Assembly: GCA_035559535.1 (NCBI GenBank)
Contig: DATMBG010000051.1
Location: 62,001 to 126,000, forward strand
Length of the DNA stretch: 64,000 nucleotides
DNA from: Candidatus Limnocylindrales bacterium
GTDB taxonomy: Bacteria; Moduliflexota; Moduliflexia; Moduliflexales; JAUQPW01
Direction of reading: 5' to 3'
Shown: in pieces, positions 58,960 to 64,000 of the stretch
How positions within the stretch are numbered: the stretch's first letter is position 1
Layout of the letters: each line of letters opens with the position of its first letter
Translations under genes and position numbers: made by a program
The notes under the pieces: model-generated
Database searches by the model: none
The model's input: only the letters and a program-made list of their open reading frames with translations
Told to the model about the DNA's origin: nothing

Positions 58960-60339
58960 TTAAGCCGATGTTTTACCTGTAAAGTGAAACCCCTGGATGA
59001 GCAAGGCGGGTACTACGCAGGTCCCTATTTCAGAACCCCAGAATCCTACGCGATGACGCTCGCGGGAGATCTTTTTTACCCGAGAGAAAGCATCCAGAAT
59101 TCCTTCGGTGAATCGAAGATTTTGAATGGGTTTTTTTATTTTTCCTTCCTCAACAAGAAAGGTTCCATCTCGGGTCATCCCGGTCATAAGAGCCCGTCGA
59201 GTATCCAGCAGCCCATTTACATAATGGAAACGGGTGATCAGGAGACCTCGTTCCATTGAAGTCAACATTTCCGAAAAACTTACCTCTCCGGGCTCCATAA
59301 ACAGATTCAAAGGAGCCGGTTCTCCGCCGTGGAATCCTCCTGAAAGCATAGCATGCCCTGTAGACGGTTTATGATCGCGGGCTCCTGTTAAGGTATCGTA
59401 TAAGACATTGGCTGCAACTCCTTTATCGATCAAGATAACTTTTTTCTTCCGAACTCCTTCTGCATCGAAGGTAATGGGTACACCGGCAGGGTCCCAACCA
59501 TCATCGTAGATGGTTATAGAGGAGCCGGTGATTCTTTCGCCCAATCGACCTGATAAAAAACTTCGTCCCTCCTGAAAACTTTTAGCCCCAAATCCGATAT
59601 ATCCCATCCATTGCAGGAGAATACTTACCGCAGGAGGTTCCAGAATCACATCATAAAACCCCGGTTCCAGGGAAGATGGATTTCGACTGTTCGAACATTT
59701 CTCCAAGGCCGTTTCTATCAGTTGGGGGAAATCTACCTGTTGGATATTCCGAGAAGTATCGGTGGCATAGCCGGAGCCATCGGCGGTTAGAGCGGTTATA
59801 TTAAAGCGAACTTGGGTGTAAGGCTGATAAACCGAAAGGCCCCGTGAGTTAACCACGGCCATTTCTCCCTCTCCGGTAGCCAAGGCTCCGGCAACTCTAA
59901 ACCCGTAAGAATCTGCCCGTTGAATGGCTTGTTGGATAATCTCAGCCCGTTGTTGAGGAGAGTAAGCTGCTGTCTCGGGATAATAGGTCTGAAGATCTGG
60001 CATTTCCTCCGAAGCCGGAAAGGATTCAAAATAAGGATTTTCCTTTTGAAGTTGAGCTATTTGTATGGCGCTCTGCAGAGATTTTTTAAGGTCCTCCGGG
60101 TTCAGAGAATTCACAGAAGCTATTCCCAGCTTTTTTCCCAGGGCAACCCGAAAGATCACCCTTATATTGGATTCTATCATACTCTGGTGAATAACCGACT
60201 CCCCAAATCGGGTTAATCCTTCTGAATTTCCAACCAGCACCGCTTCTGTTTGATCTGCTTCGGATTTACGGACAATGTTGGTAAGTATATCCAGCGCTTT
60301 ATCCTTTCCCAGCATTTTGGCTTGTAGTCTATTATCCAT
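58960..60339 (-). CDS. tldE: TldE/PmbA-family protein
   Basis: LTRF.ES.IHQ, PG.YDVILEP.AV, FDAEG, TGHA, TGMTRDG, NLRF; follows tldD. Confidence 0.85.
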   Translation of the reverse strand: MDNRLQAKMLGKDKALDILTNIVRKSEADQTEAVLVGNSEGLTRFGESVIHQSMIESNIRVIFRVALGKKLGIASVNSLNPEDLKKSLQSAIQIAQLQKENPYFESFPASEEMPDLQTYYPETAAYSPQQRAEIIQQAIQRADSYGFRVAGALATGEGEMAVVNSRGLSVYQPYTQVRFNITALTADGSGYATDTSRNIQQVDFPQLIETALEKCSNSRNPSSLEPGFYDVILEPPAVSILLQWMGYIGFGAKSFQEGRSFLSGRLGERITGSSITIYDDGWDPAGVPITFDAEGVRKKKVILIDKGVAANVLYDTLTGARDHKPSTGHAMLSGGFHGGEPAPLNLFMEPGEVSFSEMLTSMERGLLITRFHYVNGLLDTRRALMTGMTRDGTFLVEEGKIKKPIQNLRFTEGILDAFSRVKKISRERHRVGFWGSEIGTCVVPALLIQGFHFTGKTSA

Positions 60340-60399
60340 AGTCCGCGCATTATCTCTCTTCTATTTTCATGAACAACGGACAACAGGCAATAGACGAAG

Positions 60400-61848
60400 T
60401 TATTTTTTCACACCAACCTGAACCCGGTGGAACCGGGCCGGAGCTGTACCATGACCCACGTGGCCGGCCTGCATGGGTTCTCCCTTTCCACAATTAGGAG
60501 TTCCCCAGATGTGCCAGAAATTTTTATTGCAAACTGCATCACAAGAACCCCAAAACTGAGGTGTGATACCGGTATAAACAGGGTTTTTAAAAATTCTTCC
60601 CAGCTTACCGTGTTTGATTTCCTGGGCCATTTCACACCCAAACTGGAAGTTGAGGCGCAAATCATCGATGCTCCAGCTTTTAAGGGTACTCAGGTAAAGT
60701 CCGTCGGGTGTATCGGCAATAAGCTCTTCCAGGCTCGGTTCGCCGGGTTCTAAATTAATATTAACCATACGAATAAGGGGAATCCGGTTCCAACCGTCTG
60801 CCCGCATGGTTCCATTACTTTTCTGCCCCAAAACCACGGCGGTCTCTCGAGAGGTCAAATATCCAACAAAAATGCCCTCTCGGACAATATCGGTTCGCTG
60901 AGCTTTAACCCCTTCGTCATCATATCCAAAACTACCTAAGCCTCCTTCCAGGGTGGCGTCGGCAGTGATATGAACCGAACGGGAACCATACCGAAATTTT
61001 CCCAATTTATCCAGGGTTAGAAAACTCCCTCCGGCTAAGCTGATCTCGGTTCCCAGTACCCGATCCAACTCAATGGGATGTCCACAAGACTCATGAACCT
61101 GAATGGCCACCTGAGACCCTTCCAGAATTAAAGTCTTTTCGCCTGAAGGACACTCTGGAGCCCGGAGCAATTCCAAAGCCTCCGTCCGAATCCTCTCTGC
61201 TTCGTTAACCAGGTTCATTCCAAGGACGAATTCGTATCCACGGGTAGCATAATCTCCGTGATAGGATTGGGGATAAGATCGCTGCTGGACTTCTGAACCT
61301 TCCACAGCTATAACCGAAATGCCTCCCCCACTTTCCCAAATAGTTTGTTCGATAAAGGCCCCCTCGGTACTGGCAAAGATCTTGTCAATACGATTAAATC
61401 CCATAATCCCTTGAGCAACTTTAATTCGCGGATCTTTCCGGAGGACTTCATCGGCCTGGAGCAGAAGATTGATTTTCTCGTCCAGAGAAACCTGAAAAGG
61501 ATCTATCTCGATTCGAGTTCGGTAGGTATCGATGTAAGGCTCGACTTCGGCTAATTGGACTTTCCGCTTGTTAACCCAGGCACTGGCCCGGGCAATTTCC
61601 ACGGCCTGATCCGCTACCCGCTTCATTTCCTCTTCGGTTAAGATCGAACTGGCGGCAAATCCCCAGGAACCTTTGACCAGGACCCGGATCCCAAATCCCT
61701 GATCTAAATCCTCCAGAAGGTTCTCCACCATACCGTTTTTAACCTCTAAGCTTTGATGCCTTGTCCGAACCTGGCGAATATCTCCATAGTCTACCCCTTT
61801 TTGCTTCAGGTAGCTAATCGTTTCTTTAAGAAAGTCTTTTATGTTCAT
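60400..61848 (-). CDS. tldD: TldD metalloprotease
   Basis: GFGIRVL, HESCGH, GYDDEG, IRMVN, SIDD.RLNFQF, CGKGEP.Q..GHG. Confidence 0.93.
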   Translation of the reverse strand: MNIKDFLKETISYLKQKGVDYGDIRQVRTRHQSLEVKNGMVENLLEDLDQGFGIRVLVKGSWGFAASSILTEEEMKRVADQAVEIARASAWVNKRKVQLAEVEPYIDTYRTRIEIDPFQVSLDEKINLLLQADEVLRKDPRIKVAQGIMGFNRIDKIFASTEGAFIEQTIWESGGGISVIAVEGSEVQQRSYPQSYHGDYATRGYEFVLGMNLVNEAERIRTEALELLRAPECPSGEKTLILEGSQVAIQVHESCGHPIELDRVLGTEISLAGGSFLTLDKLGKFRYGSRSVHITADATLEGGLGSFGYDDEGVKAQRTDIVREGIFVGYLTSRETAVVLGQKSNGTMRADGWNRIPLIRMVNINLEPGEPSLEELIADTPDGLYLSTLKSWSIDDLRLNFQFGCEMAQEIKHGKLGRIFKNPVYTGITPQFWGSCDAVCNKNFWHIWGTPNCGKGEPMQAGHVGHGTAPARFHRVQVGVKK

Positions 61849-62135
61849 GGGCAGAGATTAATTCTACCACAAAGACACGAAAGTACCAAGGACTACCAGG
61901 TCTCTCGGCGATTTTTTGATACCTTTTCTTCTTCCTGGATCTCTTCGTATCTCGTGATTTTCGTGTTTCTCTTAATTCAGAATTTAGCCAGCGTTTTACT
62001 TTTGTTCGGCCATACGATCTGATAGTTTTTAAGAAACTCTCTAGTAAGGGCACGGCGCGCCGTACCCCTAACCTTGAATCGGACAGACCTATAAGATTCA
62101 AGCTGCTCTGATTCCAATGGGATAGAGCCTCTCGA

Positions 62136-62291
62136 CTACCCGATATTGTTCATTAATAAATCCTCTCGCATCTTGCGGACACGGGGATTGCCTCCCAGCC
62201 CATCAATGTGCTGACTAATTAAACGAGCATAATCCTTAGGCAAGTCGGCTATATCCTTGATGACTTGCCGAAGTCTGCGCACACTATACAT
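62136..62291 (-). pseudogene. Truncated RelE/ParE-family toxin
   Basis: MYSV...KDIADLPKDYARLISQHIDGL..NPR then unrelated sequence; lacks the YRLRVG.YRI.Y half; start overlaps the antitoxin 3' end. Confidence 0.65.
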
Positions 62292-62505
62292 CGACTTCCT
62301 TAGCTCGTAATTCTGCTTTAGCCTGCTCCCAAGGAACGGCTTCTTCTCCAGCTTCACGAAGACGGCGAATTTCCTCAGCGTCTTCTAGGTCCTCCAATAA
62401 AGTGAGCAGTTCCTCCCAGATTGCATAATCCAACACTACGGCTTTCTCGTCGCCTGGGGTGTCCACTAAAAATTGGACCTTTTGCAACAGTTCACTGATA
62501 CTCAT
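62284..62505 (-). CDS. Type II antitoxin (RelB/Phd-like)
   Basis: QFLVD..G..KAVVL....WEELL..LEDLED...EEAVPWEQAKAEL; acidic; directly upstream of the RelE-like gene. Confidence 0.75.
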   Translation of the reverse strand: MSISELLQKVQFLVDTPGDEKAVVLDYAIWEELLTLLEDLEDAEEIRRLREAGEEAVPWEQAKAELRAKEVDV

Positions 62506-62532
62506 TTAAATCTCTGTATGGTTCTTACCGAG

Positions 62533-62560
62533 TCCTAACTTATATTGGACGGCCCAATCA
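62533..62560 (-). mobile_element. Putative integron attI core site
   Basis: Minus strand ...gtccaatataa-GTTAGGA (GTTRRRY-like) 28 bp upstream of the antitoxin start, divergent from the intI remnant. Confidence 0.5.
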
Positions 62561-62793
62561 CCGCAAAAAAGACGGCTTTTAGGCAGCCTAATCCTTCTAA
62601 ATACCGCATAAATGCCACCAGATAACCATCTAACATCTAAAATTCTTGTCTTAGACAGCTCATTTTGAGCCGGCTAATTTTTTATCGGTCCTTATGATAT
62701 TTCTAGACGACAATAAGGCGTAAAAAACGTTCTTTTCCAAAAAGATTGCCCATCTAGAAACATTATAAAACTATTTTATAAAAGGAGAGTCAA

Positions 62794-62964
62794 ATGGTCA
62801 AGCAAAACCGCTGGATCAAGTAAAAAATCTAATCTGATTAAAACATTATAGCATCAGGACCGAGGAACCTTACATAAACCGGATTAAAGGATTCATTATC
62901 TTCCCTGTGGAAAACCTCATCCTGGCAAAATGGCAAAATGGAGGAATCTGAGGTTACTCCGTAG
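62794..62964 (+). pseudogene. intI: Integron integrase N-terminal remnant
   Basis: KPLDQVKNLI*LKHYSIRTEEPYINRIKGFIIF / GKPHPGKM / EESEV matches the IntI N-terminus (LLDQVR..IR.KHYS.RTE.AY..WI..FI.F..K.HP..M); aaggag RBS; stop and frameshifts. Confidence 0.75.
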
Positions 62965-63174
62965 CGATGAAACAGTTCTACAAAGAACTGTCAATAGTAC
63001 AAAACCCAAATTTTGCAGGGATAGAAGGAGATAGGTTTCGGAACCGACCCTTGAGGTTTTTTCCTCAAGATACTACTTATATTATAATACGAAGGTTATC
63101 GTGATGCTCAGCAAGACGAGAATACAAAATGATTTAATTTAAGAGCCTCACCGGCTTAGGAGGAGACTATTTAT

Positions 63175-64000
63175 ATGGCAACTCAACTTCTGGAGACATC
63201 ATCTTCACCCCTTCGACTTACCGAAAAACAAATTGCCTTTTATCATGAAAAGGGTTACCTGATCATCGAAAGGGTCTTAGACGAAGAGAGGTTGATCGCT
63301 TTGCGGGAGGTTACAGATCGAATTGTTGAGGGAGCGCGAGGACTGACCCAACATACCGAGGTATATGACCTGGAAGATTCCCACATACCGGATGAGCCAC
63401 GGGTTCGACGGATTAAAAATCCTTCCAAAGTACACCCTCTCTATTGGGAATTATCCAGGGATAAAACTATCCTCGGTATTGTAGCTCAATTGATCGGCCC
63501 TAATATACGGTTTCACAGCGAAAAACTGAATATGAAATCGGCCGGTTATGGGGCACCGGTCGAGTGGCATCAAGATTGGGCTTTCTATCCCCATACCAAC
63601 GATGATGTGCTGGCGGTAGGTATTTTGTTGGATGATAGTACCCCGGATAATGGACCTCTCATGGTCATTCCGGGATCTCATAGGGGGCCTGTCTACGATC
63701 ACCATGCAAACGGTCGGTTTTGTGGAGCTATCCATCCTTCCTGTAAGGTAAATTATGAAGATGCTGTGCCTTTGTTATGTAGCGCCGGAGGAATGACGAT
63801 TCATCACGTTCGCGCCGTTCATGGTTCGGCACCTAATTACTCCCATAAACCGCGTCGATTGCTTCTGTTCGCCTATGCTGCTGTCGATGCCTGGCCTTTA
63901 ATGGGTATGAGCCAATCTGGAGCCAAAACCTATGAGGAGTTCAATGAACTCATCGTCGCCGGCGAAGCCACCAATCAACCGCGTCTTATTCCAGTACCGG
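63175..64000 (+). CDS. Phytanoyl-CoA dioxygenase (PhyH)-family Fe(II)/2-oxoglutarate dioxygenase, runs off the window
   Basis: aggagg RBS; FYHEKGYLII, KLNMKS..YG.PVEWHQDW.FYPHTN, NGPLMVIPGSH, HGS.PN.S..PR; absent from the ORF track because there is no stop codon in the window. Confidence 0.9.
   Translation, partial: MATQLLETSSSPLRLTEKQIAFYHEKGYLIIERVLDEERLIALREVTDRIVEGARGLTQHTEVYDLEDSHIPDEPRVRRIKNPSKVHPLYWELSRDKTILGIVAQLIGPNIRFHSEKLNMKSAGYGAPVEWHQDWAFYPHTNDDVLAVGILLDDSTPDNGPLMVIPGSHRGPVYDHHANGRFCGAIHPSCKVNYEDAVPLLCSAGGMTIHHVRAVHGSAPNYSHKPRRLLLFAYAAVDAWPLMGMSQSGAKTYEEFNELIVAGEATNQPRLIPVP

Noticed and set aside
58960-61848. TldD/TldE as part of QhpC or other RiPP maturation
   Set aside because: About 40 kb from the qhp operon, widely conserved, and no precursor peptide adjacent.
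244-63735. Numerous short ORFs antisense to or overlapping confident genes (e.g. 14920-15579, 6232-6738, 63451-63735)
   Set aside because: Shadow frames of well-supported genes with no recognisable motifs.

Overview
A 64-kb bacterial chromosomal segment of moderate GC content with many TPR and exported proteins; I cannot place the taxon from sequence alone. Housekeeping and metabolic genes (dapA/dapB, pgk, galT, FTR1 iron permease, tldD/tldE, lemA-TPM, MMPL, a GT4-asnB-radical SAM-methyltransferase-epimerase-flippase envelope cluster) surround a quinohemoprotein amine dehydrogenase (QHNDH) operon at about 10.9-20.5 kb, ordered qhpA-qhpD-qhpC-qhpB-[U32]-[U32]-qhpF-qhpE. The main observation is that no qhpG, the O2-dependent flavin monooxygenase that hydroxylates the CTQ tryptophan, is present in the window. 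Instead a UbiV-like/UbiU-like pair of U32-family Fe-S proteins sits inside the operon, suggesting an O2-independent route to the cysteine tryptophylquinone cofactor (inference). Other oddities include an MglA-GTPase/cNMP-binding fusion, a DUF433-TM-TPR fusion, a DnaQ-WYL fusion, and a decayed integron (intI remnant, attI-like site, TA cassette). There is also a possible orphan sigma54 promoter with enhancer-like palindromes, several gene remnants, and abundant palindromic 7-8-bp tandem repeats and REP-like elements. All family assignments come from motif recognition by eye, not database searches. No rRNA, tRNA or CRISPR array was seen.
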